In this document: positions 1 to 9,938 of the stretch, piece by piece
How positions within the stretch are numbered: position 1 is the stretch's first letter
Layout of the letters: each line of letters opens with the position of its first letter
Assembly (NCBI GenBank): GCA_013388835.1
Contig: JACAEL010000071.1
Coordinates: 9,714-73,713 of the forward strand
Length of the DNA: 64,000 nt
Source: Candidatus Thorarchaeota archaeon
GTDB taxonomy: Archaea; Asgardarchaeota; Thorarchaeia; Thorarchaeales; Thorarchaeaceae
Direction of reading: 5' to 3'
Position numbers and translations under genes: made by a program
Notes under the pieces: model-generated
Told to the model about the DNA's origin: nothing
What the model saw: the letters and a program-made list of their open reading frames with translations, nothing else
The model's database searches: none

Positions 1-510
1 CATGCTCGGACGAACGACTTGAGAATGCGTACGTCCTCCCTCAGTCTTGGATTCAATCTGCTGCTCACATAGCGTGTGTGGTGAACGGTTCTGTCGACTG
101 CGGTTATGGGTCCCCTCTCCTTTATGTCTGAAGCTGACAGGTTGAAGCAGGGCAGAATGTCAACTTCGAGTCCGCTGTGCGCAAGCGAGAGGTATGGGTG
201 CTGGGAATAGGTCTTCTGGATGTTTTCAGCGCTGACCAAGCGTGCTGCCGGGATGAACCAGTCGTTGACTATGTCTTCCATTGTCTGTCTCAATGCAGCT
301 TCTCTCTCGCGCATTGGCAGTCCGAGTGTGTGCTCGTAATCCTCAGGAATGAGCCCAACGAAGAGGTCGATGTCCGATGCTCCCCTCAGTTGTGTCTGCT
401 TCTTCCCTGTAGACCCCTCTGGTTCAATGAATGCGTATGACCTGCCAATCTGCTCTGCTCTGTCTCTCAGAGCATCGGAGACACTCCTAATGATTGACTG
501 CTGAAGCATG
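1..510 (-). CDS. cca: CCA-adding tRNA nucleotidyltransferase (archaeal class I), N-terminal part; gene runs off the window start
   Basis: Manual reverse-strand translation from the ATG at 510: MLQQSIIRSVSDALRDRAEQIGRSYAFIEPEGSTGKKQTQLRGASDIDLFVGL...TAVDRTVHHTRYV. The GS..DIDLFV nucleotidyltransferase motif matches the archaeal CCA enzyme. An in-frame stop lies upstream at 598-600. Not in the ORF track because no stop falls inside the window. Confidence 0.6.
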
Positions 511-706
511 ACCTCTTTCTGTAGGGGTGTGACCACCGAGAGGACTGATTCTCTCACAGCTTTGCTCAGGAGCCCGTCCAATGTTCAGACCTTGTGTTCA
601 GCTACACCCGTCGTGGCTAAGAAGCTTGGCCCATGCGTCATGACACCTCACATCTTTATACGATGCTCCTCCAGCCGCATCAGTACCGACTGAGGGACGC
701 AAGACA

Positions 707-1201
707 TTGACAACGATTCTGCCCATCGCGATATCGATTCTCCGTTATGGAAAGGACTACCTGTTCATCAGGCGCGAGAAGCCTCCCTACGAGGGCTTGT
801 GGAGTCTGGTCGGCGGAAAGATCTCTGAGGGGGAACATATACGCAGTGCCGCGATACGGGAGGTCATGGAAGAGACCGGCGCTCAGAAAGTTGACAATTA
901 CGACTACCGAGGAGTGGTTTCTGAGCGACTTGTCGACGCGAATGGACGCCTAATGGCGCATTTCCTGATATTCGTGTCTTATGCCGAGATTGACCGATGC
1001 GATGTCAGAAGCAGCGAGGGCGCACTCGGTCTGTTCTCCGAAGACCTCGTGTTGTCGCAAGACAAGGCTTTTCTTCCATCCGACTGGTTCATGTTCAGAG
1101 AGCTTCGAAGACCGAGAAGTGAACTCGGAATGTATGAGGCGGAGCTGGCCCGAACCGATTCGCAGTACTCTTTAATCTACTTCAGGGAAGCGGGACGTTG
1201 A
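707..1201 (+). CDS. NUDIX hydrolase
   Basis: Nudix box GGKISEGEHIRSAAIREVMEETG (GX5EX7REUXEEXGU pattern). Confidence 0.7.
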   Translation: MTTILPIAISILRYGKDYLFIRREKPPYEGLWSLVGGKISEGEHIRSAAIREVMEETGAQKVDNYDYRGVVSERLVDANGRLMAHFLIFVSYAEIDRCDVRSSEGALGLFSEDLVLSQDKAFLPSDWFMFRELRRPRSELGMYEAELARTDSQYSLIYFREAGR

Positions 1202-2175
1202 AGACTGGCGATATTGAAGTGACACCACTGGCCTCTGAGAGCATCGGAGTCAGGTCTATGTGTACCTTGGTCAAGACTCCAGACATAGTCGTGCTCCTAG
1301 ACCCCTCGGCTGCTCTGGCTATGCGCTTCCAGCTGGAGCCTCATCCAAGCGAGTACCGTGAGCTTATGCGACGCCTCGAGCGCATATTCGTTGCGGCGCG
1401 AAGTGCCGATGTGATCTCCATCTCGCACTATCACCATGACCATGTCCGACCGGGTTTCACAGACTTCAGGTACCTGTTCAGTTCGAAGGAGGAACTGCTC
1501 CGTATGGTTGAGGGAAAGACCGTGTTGGCCAAAGACAACCGAGAACACATCAACCCGTCACAGAGGCGAAGGGGCTTCTATTTTGAAAGGGATGTAGCAG
1601 AGACTGCCGAGTCTGTCCACTGGGCAGACAATCAGGAGTTCCACTATGGAGGGACCTCTGTGAAGTACTCTCCCCCACTGCCTCATGGTCGGGATGGCAG
1701 TCCGCTGGGTTTTGTTCTGGCCACCATCATCACGCATGGTGACAATACGGTCTTGTTCGCGCCCGACGTTCAGGGGCCCGCCAGCCGCACAACTCTGGAG
1801 TACCTCAAGTCCATCCCTGCCGATGTTGCCATAGTTGGTGGTCCTCCGTTGTATCTGGATACATTCACTCCAGATGAACGGCGCCAAGCACAGGAGTCGC
1901 TTCTGCAACTCTCCAAAGCCTTTCCCGTCCTAGTCGTGGACCATCATCTCGCGCGCATAGCTACATACAATGAGTGGTTGTCACCCGTCGTGGATACCGG
2001 CCACTCCGTAGACCATGAGGTCCTCACCATGGCTGAGCTTGCTGGTGAGCCGAGAAGGTTTCTGGAGGCTGCCAGACGTCAGAACTACGACACGGACCCA
2101 CCGAGCCAGGAGTTTGTCGAGTGGGCTTCATCATCTGACGAGTTCAAGTCTGCAAACAAGCCCCCGGGAGTGTGA
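1198..2175 (+). CDS. Metallo-beta-lactamase-fold hydrolase (UPF0282-like)
   Basis: HYHHDH (HxHxDH) metal-binding motif. 325 aa. Start overlaps the upstream stop (ATGA coupling). Confidence 0.55.
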   Translation: MKTGDIEVTPLASESIGVRSMCTLVKTPDIVVLLDPSAALAMRFQLEPHPSEYRELMRRLERIFVAARSADVISISHYHHDHVRPGFTDFRYLFSSKEELLRMVEGKTVLAKDNREHINPSQRRRGFYFERDVAETAESVHWADNQEFHYGGTSVKYSPPLPHGRDGSPLGFVLATIITHGDNTVLFAPDVQGPASRTTLEYLKSIPADVAIVGGPPLYLDTFTPDERRQAQESLLQLSKAFPVLVVDHHLARIATYNEWLSPVVDTGHSVDHEVLTMAELAGEPRRFLEAARRQNYDTDPPSQEFVEWASSSDEFKSANKPPGV

Positions 2176-2241
2176 CTGTGGTCAATATGGGCGCGAGGAC
2201 ATGCGCGACACCTTTTTTGGCGAATGAACTGAGACTGTCCC

Positions 2242-2517
2242 ATGATGGAATTGACCGACAGTACGCTAGACGGAGTGGGCACAGACACAACCAAGTACCT
2301 TATTGGAGATATGGGAGTTGAGATTCTCTGTCTAGTGGATCAGGGCTGCACCGACGACAATGACCTTGTTCGACTGGGCGGCCTCTCGATGAGCTGTCTG
2401 GAAGTCAAGATCCCCTTGCTCACCACACTGGGTCTACTGATTGTGGGAGCGGAAGGATACAGACTGACTCCGGCCGGACAGGCCTTCTTGGAGGGTATGC
2501 TCGGTTGGGCGTCCTAA
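2242..2517 (+). CDS. Hypothetical protein (possible winged-helix-like)
   Basis: ORF only. Overlaps the next ORF in another frame. Confidence 0.2.
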   Translation: MMELTDSTLDGVGTDTTKYLIGDMGVEILCLVDQGCTDDNDLVRLGGLSMSCLEVKIPLLTTLGLLIVGAEGYRLTPAGQAFLEGMLGWAS

Positions 2518-2918
2518 AGGAACTGACCGAGGGGTTGGTATCTCTAGTCAGAGGATGTAGTATTGACCTCAAGCATCTCGGGTCGACCGTGGGTCTTACT
2601 GATGGCTCACCAGTCCTTATTGTTGCCACCAAGAGCGGCTTTCTCCGCGTGATTCCTGTTGCCAGTAGACATATCGCGCAGATTCGTATTGCCTTCACCC
2701 TAAGCAGGTTTCGACACTCCGCGCATTCGCTTCTATCATTGATACGAGGCCGTGAGATGCAGATGGTGCATTCGACTGGTTTCTGTCCAATGCATGACCG
2801 ATGCATTTGGGAGGGGTATTTCTTGGCTGGCGAGAGAGACAAGATTGAAGAGCTATGTGCATTGGTGCGCAAGATGGACGACGTACTCGGTGTTGAAGTG
2901 ACGTATCTCTCAGCGTGA
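2505..2918 (+). CDS. Hypothetical protein
   Basis: ORF only. The C-terminal half is loosely reminiscent of a small ligand-binding (RAM/ACT-like) domain. Confidence 0.25.
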   Translation: MGVLKELTEGLVSLVRGCSIDLKHLGSTVGLTDGSPVLIVATKSGFLRVIPVASRHIAQIRIAFTLSRFRHSAHSLLSLIRGREMQMVHSTGFCPMHDRCIWEGYFLAGERDKIEELCALVRKMDDVLGVEVTYLSA

Positions 2919-3484
2919 CGAGGAGGCCGCAGGCTTTGGAAGGCAACAAGACCCGGGAAATCATCAGTAGGTTCAGGCGAGCCAACTCCGAAGCTGACGA
3001 GTGCCTCCAAAGCGAGGAGTACCAGCAGGCCATGGCACTCTATTACGACGCAAGTCAGTCCGCAGATGAGATGTGCGAGAGGTTCCTCACTCTCCTCATT
3101 CGTACTGCGCCCAGTACTGCACATCGTACACTGATTGTAGAAGTCCTAGCATGGCGTCTCCGCTACTATATGACTCAGTATGACTACCATCTGGCCGTCG
3201 CACAGACTCTGTCGGGGCTGCCTAGAGATGAGTGGATTGCCCGACTTGAAACAATACTTGTGCTCTCCCAGACCTTGGTCACGAAGCTTCTGCCAGTCCT
3301 TCGTGAAGTAGATGACGTTGCGATAAAGATGAGAATCCAAGAGGCTCTGCGTGACTGGGTATCGGGTATCCGTCGTCTTGTTACAAATCTGAGGAGTTGG
3401 GGGTTGGCGAGCGCTCAGGCATCAGGAGTGCTCGAATGGGCGTTAGACAACAATCTTGACGCTGTCATCATTGATAGCCGCTAA
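2915..3484 (+). CDS. Hypothetical alpha-helical protein
   Basis: 189-aa ORF whose start overlaps the upstream stop. Protein-like composition, no recognisable motif. Confidence 0.35.
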   Translation: MTRRPQALEGNKTREIISRFRRANSEADECLQSEEYQQAMALYYDASQSADEMCERFLTLLIRTAPSTAHRTLIVEVLAWRLRYYMTQYDYHLAVAQTLSGLPRDEWIARLETILVLSQTLVTKLLPVLREVDDVAIKMRIQEALRDWVSGIRRLVTNLRSWGLASAQASGVLEWALDNNLDAVIIDSR

Positions 3485-3488
3485 CATG

Positions 3489-3716
3489 TCAGGTCTTCTT
3501 CGCAGTCGCATCCACAAGCGAAACTGCCACTTCAGTGTCTGCAATCTGATATTGACTGTCGATGTAGCAGACCAGAAAATGGTCATTGTGACGAATGACT
3601 ATGGGAATCGGAAAACGCTTCACTTCCTTCAGGGCTTCTAGTGGCGCCTTCCAGTAAATGGTTTCCTTGCATACAGGACACTGCAGCCATTTCAGCCCTT
3701 CAGACATCGATACCAC
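3489..3716 (-). CDS. Small hypothetical protein with a CxxC motif
   Basis: 75-aa ORF containing CPVC. Weak call. Confidence 0.2.
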   Translation of the reverse strand: MVSMSEGLKWLQCPVCKETIYWKAPLEALKEVKRFPIPIVIRHNDHFLVCYIDSQYQIADTEVAVSLVDATAKKT

Positions 3717-4091
3717 CTATCAGTTCAGGAGCGGGCGAAGACGGGCGTAACCAAAACATGCCTATAACGTTTTCTTCATCAGATTCGCGAGTGTCAACAT
3801 GGGCATCTGTGCCATTGTTCGAACTCCTCATGGCGCCAATTAGGCGGTTCGGTCGATTCGCGCGTTCATCAACGCCCTCTCAGATTTGGTCCCTCCTCGA
3901 TGGCCAGATCCCTCCTCGGCGTCCTTGCGACTGGCCTACTGCGACTTACACGAAGACCAGTCTAGGTCAGGCGAACCGGGGAACCGGACATGGGCAAATT
4001 GAAGAGAACCTGAGATGACCTCCGTGCAGTCGAGTACTCTCCAGCATTACAGCAGCTGGTTACGAGATGCCTCTCTAAAGTCATTGTCTGC

Positions 4092-4922
4092 TTATTCATC
4101 AATGTCCGTGTCCCATGCGCCGGGGTCCTCAATGTCTCTGCTCAGGATTGGTCTTCTTCTTCGTGCCAAGTCTGAAACATCCATTCTGTCACTGTCGACA
4201 ACGAGCTCTTTCGACTCCTCGTCGAGATAAGCTGGGATTATGCCCTCATCAATCCCACGTTTCACAAGACCCTCAACACGATGTGGCTCTAGGCCTGTGC
4301 TCTCAGACAGACTGGCTATACTGACAGCGACTTCGGACTCCAGAGAGGTCCTCACGAAGTCTGCAAAGAGCAATACAAACTGGCGTTTCACCCTCGATAC
4401 ACCCTCTCTTGTCATCACTCGGACGAGAGCTGCATCGATGTACTTCTCGGCATCACCGAACTGATACTCACTGAGCATCAGAGCAAGATTGATCAGCTCC
4501 TTGGCCTGCCCATGTGTCGTTTCTGCGGCTGCATGTATGAGCTGGCGTGCGAGTTCGAGGTCTCCTCCCATTATGGAGCTGAATGCACCGTCCACGAACC
4601 TCTTAGGATTCTTCTCGTGCTCTGCCGCAAGTATGAACGCCTCTGAGGCGATTTGGCAGTCAATCTCGTACTTCTGATGCTGTCCCTCTAGTATCCAGAA
4701 GTACGCCGCCTCCATCATCGCCTCCCCTGCGGGACCGTAACTGTGGCAGAGCATACCGTGTTCATAGGCACGCTCATAGGACGTTGCTGCCTTGGCGTAC
4801 TGCTCCCATCGCCTCCAACACTCGGCAGCTTGAATGAACAGCTCCACCGCCTCAGTGTTGCAGCCCAGCTTGGCCATGTCGTCGGCCATGCTGTCAAGCG
4901 TATCACAGTCGGAGGACGGCAT
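4092..4922 (-). CDS. TPR-like helical repeat protein with a C-terminal winged-helix (PCI-like) region
   Basis: Helical repeat composition (AYEHG..EAAYFW..). C-terminal segment LSESTGLEPHRVEGLVKRGIDEGIIPAYLDEE resembles a wHTH. Confidence 0.4.
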   Translation of the reverse strand: MPSSDCDTLDSMADDMAKLGCNTEAVELFIQAAECWRRWEQYAKAATSYERAYEHGMLCHSYGPAGEAMMEAAYFWILEGQHQKYEIDCQIASEAFILAAEHEKNPKRFVDGAFSSIMGGDLELARQLIHAAAETTHGQAKELINLALMLSEYQFGDAEKYIDAALVRVMTREGVSRVKRQFVLLFADFVRTSLESEVAVSIASLSESTGLEPHRVEGLVKRGIDEGIIPAYLDEESKELVVDSDRMDVSDLARRRRPILSRDIEDPGAWDTDIDE

Positions 4923-4991
4923 AGGTAAGACACTCCCATGTTGACTGCTTGCTTCCTAGCCAGATTTAGGTGTCGATGTGATCCACTGTGT

Positions 4992-5678
4992 CTATTTGTC
5001 CGAGACTATTGCTCCGTCCTTCATCCGGAGTACTCTCCTGGCGTACTTCACCAGCTCTTCGTTATGTGTTACGAGGACCACCGTCATGTTCTTCTCCTTG
5101 GCCACTTTGGAGATGAAGCGCATGACAGTCTCTCCGGTCTTACTGTCTAGGTTGCCGGTGGGCTCGTCGCAGAACAGGATTGGAGGGTTGTTGACCAGAG
5201 CACGGGCTATGGCAATACGCTGTTGTTCTCCTCCTGACATCTGACGTGGGAAGTGATCCTTTCGTTCGAGCATGTCCACCTCGCGAAGAACCTCAAGGGC
5301 CATCGCCTCCTGCTTTTCTCTCTTGAGCTCGTCACTGGGCCACAACACGGCCTCAACATTTTCCTGAGCGGTAAGGTCCTCTAAGAGGAGGAACGCTTGA
5401 AACACGAAGCCGATCTTCAGTGCTCTGAGTTTGGGCATATCGCGTTCGCTAATGAGCGTCACATCAACACCATCAAGCAATACCCTCCCGGAAGTGGGAG
5501 CTTCCAGACCTGACATGACATGGAGGAGGGTGGACTTTCCACAGCCACTGGGCCCCACTACGGCAATAAACTCGCCACGGTCTATCTCGAGGCTGATGTT
5601 CTTAAGCGCTGCAACTGTCTTCTTGCCCCGACCGTATTCCTTGTTTACATCTTGGACTGAGATTATTGAGTTTGCCAT
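4992..5678 (-). CDS. ABC transporter ATP-binding protein (MacB/LolD-type)
   Basis: Walker A GPSGCGKST, Q-loop, signature LSGGEQQR, Walker B ILFCDEPTGNLD. Confidence 0.85.
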   Translation of the reverse strand: MANSIISVQDVNKEYGRGKKTVAALKNISLEIDRGEFIAVVGPSGCGKSTLLHVMSGLEAPTSGRVLLDGVDVTLISERDMPKLRALKIGFVFQAFLLLEDLTAQENVEAVLWPSDELKREKQEAMALEVLREVDMLERKDHFPRQMSGGEQQRIAIARALVNNPPILFCDEPTGNLDSKTGETVMRFISKVAKEKNMTVVLVTHNEELVKYARRVLRMKDGAIVSDK

Positions 5679-5682
5679 GCTT

Positions 5683-6204
5683 CTATTCCTCCCTCAGCGC
5701 TCTCATCGGTGGAATCCTCATCGCTCTGGCTTGTGCGAGAGCAAGGCCTGGAATCTGTAGGATTACTATGTAGAACAGTGTCAGAATCATTGGGCTGAAT
5801 CCCACGACTATCAGGTCTCTAATGTTCCCCAGTAACTCTATCTGACCTACGTAGGATATGAGTCCTAGAACCTCGACACTGACTTGAAAGACGAGCAGGA
5901 ACGAAGTCAAGGCCACGATTATCACTTCTCCAACCAAGAGAAGAAGGATCTCATCGTTCGCCCACGATACACACTTCAGGATTGCTATGTCTCTTCTTCT
6001 GAACTGAGCTATCAGAATGGCGTAGACCGTGGCCACGATGAGCGCCATACCCAGCAGCGGCAGCTCGAAACCTGGTGGTCCTCCCTGCTGCAGGCCTCTT
6101 CCAACAACTATGTACAGTACTGCATAGATTATAATGAATGCAGTGACTCTCTTCTTGGCGCGGAATGCGAGCCGAAAGCTCTTGAATAGTATTCTTATGT
6201 TCAA
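5683..6204 (-). CDS. ABC transporter permease, FtsX-like (4 TM)
   Basis: Hydrophobic 173-aa protein immediately upstream of the MacB-type ATPase, with a 4-nt gap. Confidence 0.55.
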   Translation of the reverse strand: MNIRILFKSFRLAFRAKKRVTAFIIIYAVLYIVVGRGLQQGGPPGFELPLLGMALIVATVYAILIAQFRRRDIAILKCVSWANDEILLLLVGEVIIVALTSFLLVFQVSVEVLGLISYVGQIELLGNIRDLIVVGFSPMILTLFYIVILQIPGLALAQARAMRIPPMRALREE

Positions 6205-6287
6205 GAGGATGACCTCCCACTTAGCGTGTAGTGGCTGCAGGTTGTCAACGCCCCAGCCTAATGTACATTGCGCCTGCTAATACCGGC

Positions 6288-6482
6288 TCAGTTCCCTTCA
6301 TCCAGTTCGGAGAGGGCTGTTGGAGGCACTCCATCCACCCACAGCTCCTTCATCAATAGGTCCCTAATGGCAACCCTGATTGCTTCGCTCCGCGATGGAT
6401 ACATGCCTTTCTTTACGAGCTTGTCTACGCCATCGACGTATATGTCGCTCATCTTGACCGTGATAAGCCGCATCTTGCTCAC
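6288..6482 (-). CDS. Ribbon-helix-helix (CopG family) transcriptional regulator
   Basis: RLITVKM...SRSEAIRVAIRDLL is the classic RHH beta-strand plus helix pattern. Sits at the head of the ABC exporter operon. Confidence 0.55.
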   Translation of the reverse strand: MSKMRLITVKMSDIYVDGVDKLVKKGMYPSRSEAIRVAIRDLLMKELWVDGVPPTALSELDEGN

Positions 6483-6786
6483 ATCTGACCAGTCTGCAAC
6501 ACGCCGGCTTGGTATAAGAACAGTATGCCTCTGTCACCAATGAAAGTACTTGTCATTGTACATCTGCAAATCATTCAACGGACTGTGAGCGAGGACAGCA
6601 GTCGGTGGAGCCAACCGACTCGGGTGACATCTTCGCCTCACTCCATTGGAGAAAGCTCTAAATGCTAAGGGACAAGAAACAGCGTTGAAGACCAAGCGGT
6701 ATAGATGTGACTGTGACTCTTGGCCCCTTCTAAGCACTTGGTATAGTAGAAAGAGAGGCTTTCGGTTGACAGACACTTTCGATTAC

Positions 6787-7302
6787 ATGAGGAAGGTGTG
6801 CATGATTGGTGCGGGGGGTAGTGGGAAGACCGCCCTTGTCAACCGATTCCTGACGCAGAAGTTCTCAGAGCAGTACATTGTCACGATTGGTTCTCAGTTT
6901 GCTGTGAAGACCGTGACCACCCAAGACGCGAAGGGTGCCGATGTTGTCGTCAAATTACTAGTCTGGGACTTGGCCGGACAGGAACGGTTCGACTTCATCA
7001 GGACAAGCTACTACAGAGGCTCGAAGGGTGCCCTCCTTGTCTACGATGTGACGCGCAAGAGCACATGGGTTGAGCTACCCAAGTGGATCCAGGAGACTGA
7101 CACTGCGCTGGGCCAGAGAATCCCCATAATCCTTCTGGCTAACAAAGTTGACCTTGTGGAAGAGCGAGTGATTACGACAGAGATGGGCCAAGACTTCGTC
7201 ACGGAGAACAGACTGGCAGGGTATCTCGAGACGAGTGCTCTCACAGGGCAGAATGTCGAGAAGGCCTTCCACCTTTTGGCGAAGGCGAGCATTAACGGCT
7301 AG
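6787..7302 (+). CDS. Rab/Ras-like small GTPase
   Basis: G1 GAGGSGKT, switch I YIVTIGSQF, G3 WDLAGQERF, G4 NKVD, G5 ETSAL. Start placed at the internal ATG at 6787 just before the P-loop; the track ORF begins at 6646. Confidence 0.8.
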   Translation: MRKVCMIGAGGSGKTALVNRFLTQKFSEQYIVTIGSQFAVKTVTTQDAKGADVVVKLLVWDLAGQERFDFIRTSYYRGSKGALLVYDVTRKSTWVELPKWIQETDTALGQRIPIILLANKVDLVEERVITTEMGQDFVTENRLAGYLETSALTGQNVEKAFHLLAKASING

Positions 7303-7389
7303 TAGAAATCCACAGTGGGATTCGATTGCCTGTACCAGCTAGAGGATATATAGGACTGGTGCTCGCGTAGATGCGTAACACATAGTGAG

Positions 7390-8538
7390 TTGAGCATCTT
7401 GACACCCACAAGACTTGACCTGAAACTGCTTGAAACGCTGTGCAATGCCTTTGGGCCGAGCGGATTCGAACACGAGGTGCAGAGGATAGTACGAGACTAC
7501 GGATCAAAGTACGCGGAAGAGGTGCTTCATGACCGAATGGGCTCGCTGGTGTTCAGGCGGGGAAAGACTGGACCGAAAGTCATGCTTGCCGGTCATGTCG
7601 ACGAGATTGGCTTTGTCATAACCGAGATTGACAAGAACGGCTTCTTGAAGTTCCATCAGCTTGGAGGATGGTGGGACCAGACGCTACTGGCGCAGGAGGT
7701 GGTAATTGCCCCGTCTGAAGGAAAGGAGAAGGTCATAGGCATCATTGGTGCTCCCCCACCCCATGTTCTCTCGGTTGAAGACCGCGCCAAGGTGATGACC
7801 AAGGAGCGTATGTACTTTGACATCGGGTGCAGCTCTGCCGACGAGGTGAAAGAGCTCGGCATTCGAGTCGGAGACCCTGCCGTTCCATACTCCTTCTTCC
7901 GGACCATGAAGCGCATCAAGAAAGAGAAGGACGGGGACGACAAGGATGCGAAGGAGACGACCAGGGAAGCGCATCTCGCAGTGTCAAAGGCCTTCGATGA
8001 CCGAATAGGTGTGTTCATTGGTCTGGAAGTCTTGAAACGGTTGTCGGAAGACAAGGTGGGTCACCAGAACAGCGTCTACTTTGTGTCCACCACACAGGAG
8101 GAAGTGGGACTGAGAGGTGCTCAGACTGCGGCTCAGATGATCATGCCCGACATAGGCTTCTCCCTCGATGTGGACATATCCGGTGATGTGCCCAGTGCGG
8201 AAGGTCTTGTGCAGAAGATGGGCAAAGGAGTCTCTGTGTCTGCCGGCGACGGATCGATGATTCCGAATCCGCGGCTGAGGAAGTTCGTCCTGAAGGTCGC
8301 AGAGGAGATGAAGATCAAGCACCAACCTGCGTTCCTTAAGGCTGGGGGCACAGATGCTGGTGCAATCCATGTGACAGGAAGCGGTGTCCCATCGCTGTTC
8401 ATAGGCATCCCCACACGACACATCCACTCTCATCACGCGATGTTGGACCTTGACGATGTGGAGAACGCTGTTCAGCTCTTGGTGGAAGTCATCAAGCGAC
8501 TTGACGAGAAGACCGTGAAGAGCTTTACCGAGCTCTAG
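7390..8538 (+). CDS. M42 family aminopeptidase (TET/FrvX-like)
   Basis: 382 aa. GHVDEIGFV and other M42 metal-binding blocks. Confidence 0.8.
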   Translation: MSILTPTRLDLKLLETLCNAFGPSGFEHEVQRIVRDYGSKYAEEVLHDRMGSLVFRRGKTGPKVMLAGHVDEIGFVITEIDKNGFLKFHQLGGWWDQTLLAQEVVIAPSEGKEKVIGIIGAPPPHVLSVEDRAKVMTKERMYFDIGCSSADEVKELGIRVGDPAVPYSFFRTMKRIKKEKDGDDKDAKETTREAHLAVSKAFDDRIGVFIGLEVLKRLSEDKVGHQNSVYFVSTTQEEVGLRGAQTAAQMIMPDIGFSLDVDISGDVPSAEGLVQKMGKGVSVSAGDGSMIPNPRLRKFVLKVAEEMKIKHQPAFLKAGGTDAGAIHVTGSGVPSLFIGIPTRHIHSHHAMLDLDDVENAVQLLVEVIKRLDEKTVKSFTEL

Positions 8539-8610
8539 TGTGAATGAAAGCATGGAGGTCCGGGCTCAACAATCCGCCGGGCCTCCGTGCACTCTGCTGG
8601 TGGGGATGTA

Positions 8611-9735
8611 CTACCTCTCTCTATTTCCCTCGATGAACTCGTCAACACGTTTTCTTGCTTCGAAGTCGTCGATCTGATACCTCGGATGCTTGAACGAGTA
8701 CGAGCATATGCTTGACAGTTCCCCGCCAATGCCACGGTCCAGCGCTATCTTGACCGCACGCGCAACATCGATGATGACTCCTCCACTGTTCGGCGAGTCC
8801 TGAACAGAGAGCTTGAGCGTAAGGTCAAGTGGGAGGTCACCAAAGGCCCTAGACCGCATTGTGATGTAGCACACCTTGTTGTCACCCAGAAACGGCACAT
8901 AGTCGCTGGGGCCTATCTTGGTCGGAAGCTCATACGGAACGCAGCTAGTTACTGCCTCTGTCTTGCTAATCCTCTTCGACTTTAGGCGGCTCTCTACCTG
9001 CATATTCTCGAAGTCGGTGTTTCCACCTATGTTGAGTTGGTACGTGTTCTCGATGATTAGGCCTCTTTGATGGTAGAGCTGAGTGAGCACTCTGTGCAGA
9101 ATTGTGGCTCCAAGTTGGCTCTTGATGTCGTCGCCGGCACAGGGTATGCCGCGTCTCTCGAACTCCTTGGCGAGAGGACTGCTCGGGTCCGAAACAATGA
9201 ACTCCGGAATCGCGTTGATGTACCCTACGCCGGCTTCCAGAGCGGCCTTGGCATATATCCGAGACCCTTCCGCACTTCCCACCGGCAGGTAGCTGATGAG
9301 CATGTCTGCGTCTGCCTTCTTTAGCTCATCCGCGACATCCACCGGTTTCATTTCCTTCTCATCGTACGTGTAGAAGGACTCCCTCATGTGAGGCGCCACC
9401 CCGTCGGAGATTGGCCCCGGAAGGACCTTCACACCTGTCTTGGGCACATCTGGTGCAAACACAGCACAGCAGTTTGGCTTGGCCCAGATGGCATCTGCAA
9501 TGTCAAGGCCAATCTTGTTCTTGTTGACCTCAAAAGCTGCAACGAACCTGAGGTCCTTAGGGAAATAGCCTCCGAAGTCCACATGCATCAGCCCGGGGAC
9601 TTCTTCGTTTCTCTTTGCATGTCTGTAGTAGTGAGCACCCTGGATGAGTGCGGAGGCACAGTTGCCGAGTCCTGCTATGGCAATTCGTATTTCTCCCACT
9701 AGGCTCAGACCTTCTTCGAAGTATTCTCTGGTCAT
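8611..9735 (-). CDS. myo-Inositol-1-phosphate synthase
   Basis: N-terminal IRIAIAGLGNCASALIQG Rossmann motif and overall MIPS length and pattern. Confidence 0.8.
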   Translation of the reverse strand: MTREYFEEGLSLVGEIRIAIAGLGNCASALIQGAHYYRHAKRNEEVPGLMHVDFGGYFPKDLRFVAAFEVNKNKIGLDIADAIWAKPNCCAVFAPDVPKTGVKVLPGPISDGVAPHMRESFYTYDEKEMKPVDVADELKKADADMLISYLPVGSAEGSRIYAKAALEAGVGYINAIPEFIVSDPSSPLAKEFERRGIPCAGDDIKSQLGATILHRVLTQLYHQRGLIIENTYQLNIGGNTDFENMQVESRLKSKRISKTEAVTSCVPYELPTKIGPSDYVPFLGDNKVCYITMRSRAFGDLPLDLTLKLSVQDSPNSGGVIIDVARAVKIALDRGIGGELSSICSYSFKHPRYQIDDFEARKRVDEFIEGNRER

Positions 9736-9938
9736 AGAATAGTGAGCATATTTAACCCTATCGAGCTGACCGAGGAGAGTCGCAGCTCAGCAGGTCTCTA
9801 TCGTACTACTGGCCCGTGTGTGAAGATGTGCTATGTGTGGAGTGCTCTGCTGCCGGCCCCATCTGTGGAAGTAGTCCAAGTCAGCGTGTGGATCTGGCCC
9901 GTTTCACTGAAGTCCTTCAGTGGGCCGGTTTCTCTGAG

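Noticed and set aside
177-693. Plus-strand ORFs 177-440 and 508-693
   Set aside because: The opposite strand encodes a convincing CCA-adding enzyme N-terminus (1-510). The plus-strand translations are Cys-rich with no recognisable pattern.
2242-2918. Two overlapping plus-strand ORFs in different frames, a possible frameshifted regulator
   Set aside because: There is no recognisable domain to anchor a frameshift call. Both were kept as low-confidence hypotheticals.
7984-8553. 189-aa minus-strand ORF
   Set aside because: Antisense to the M42 peptidase gene; no motifs.
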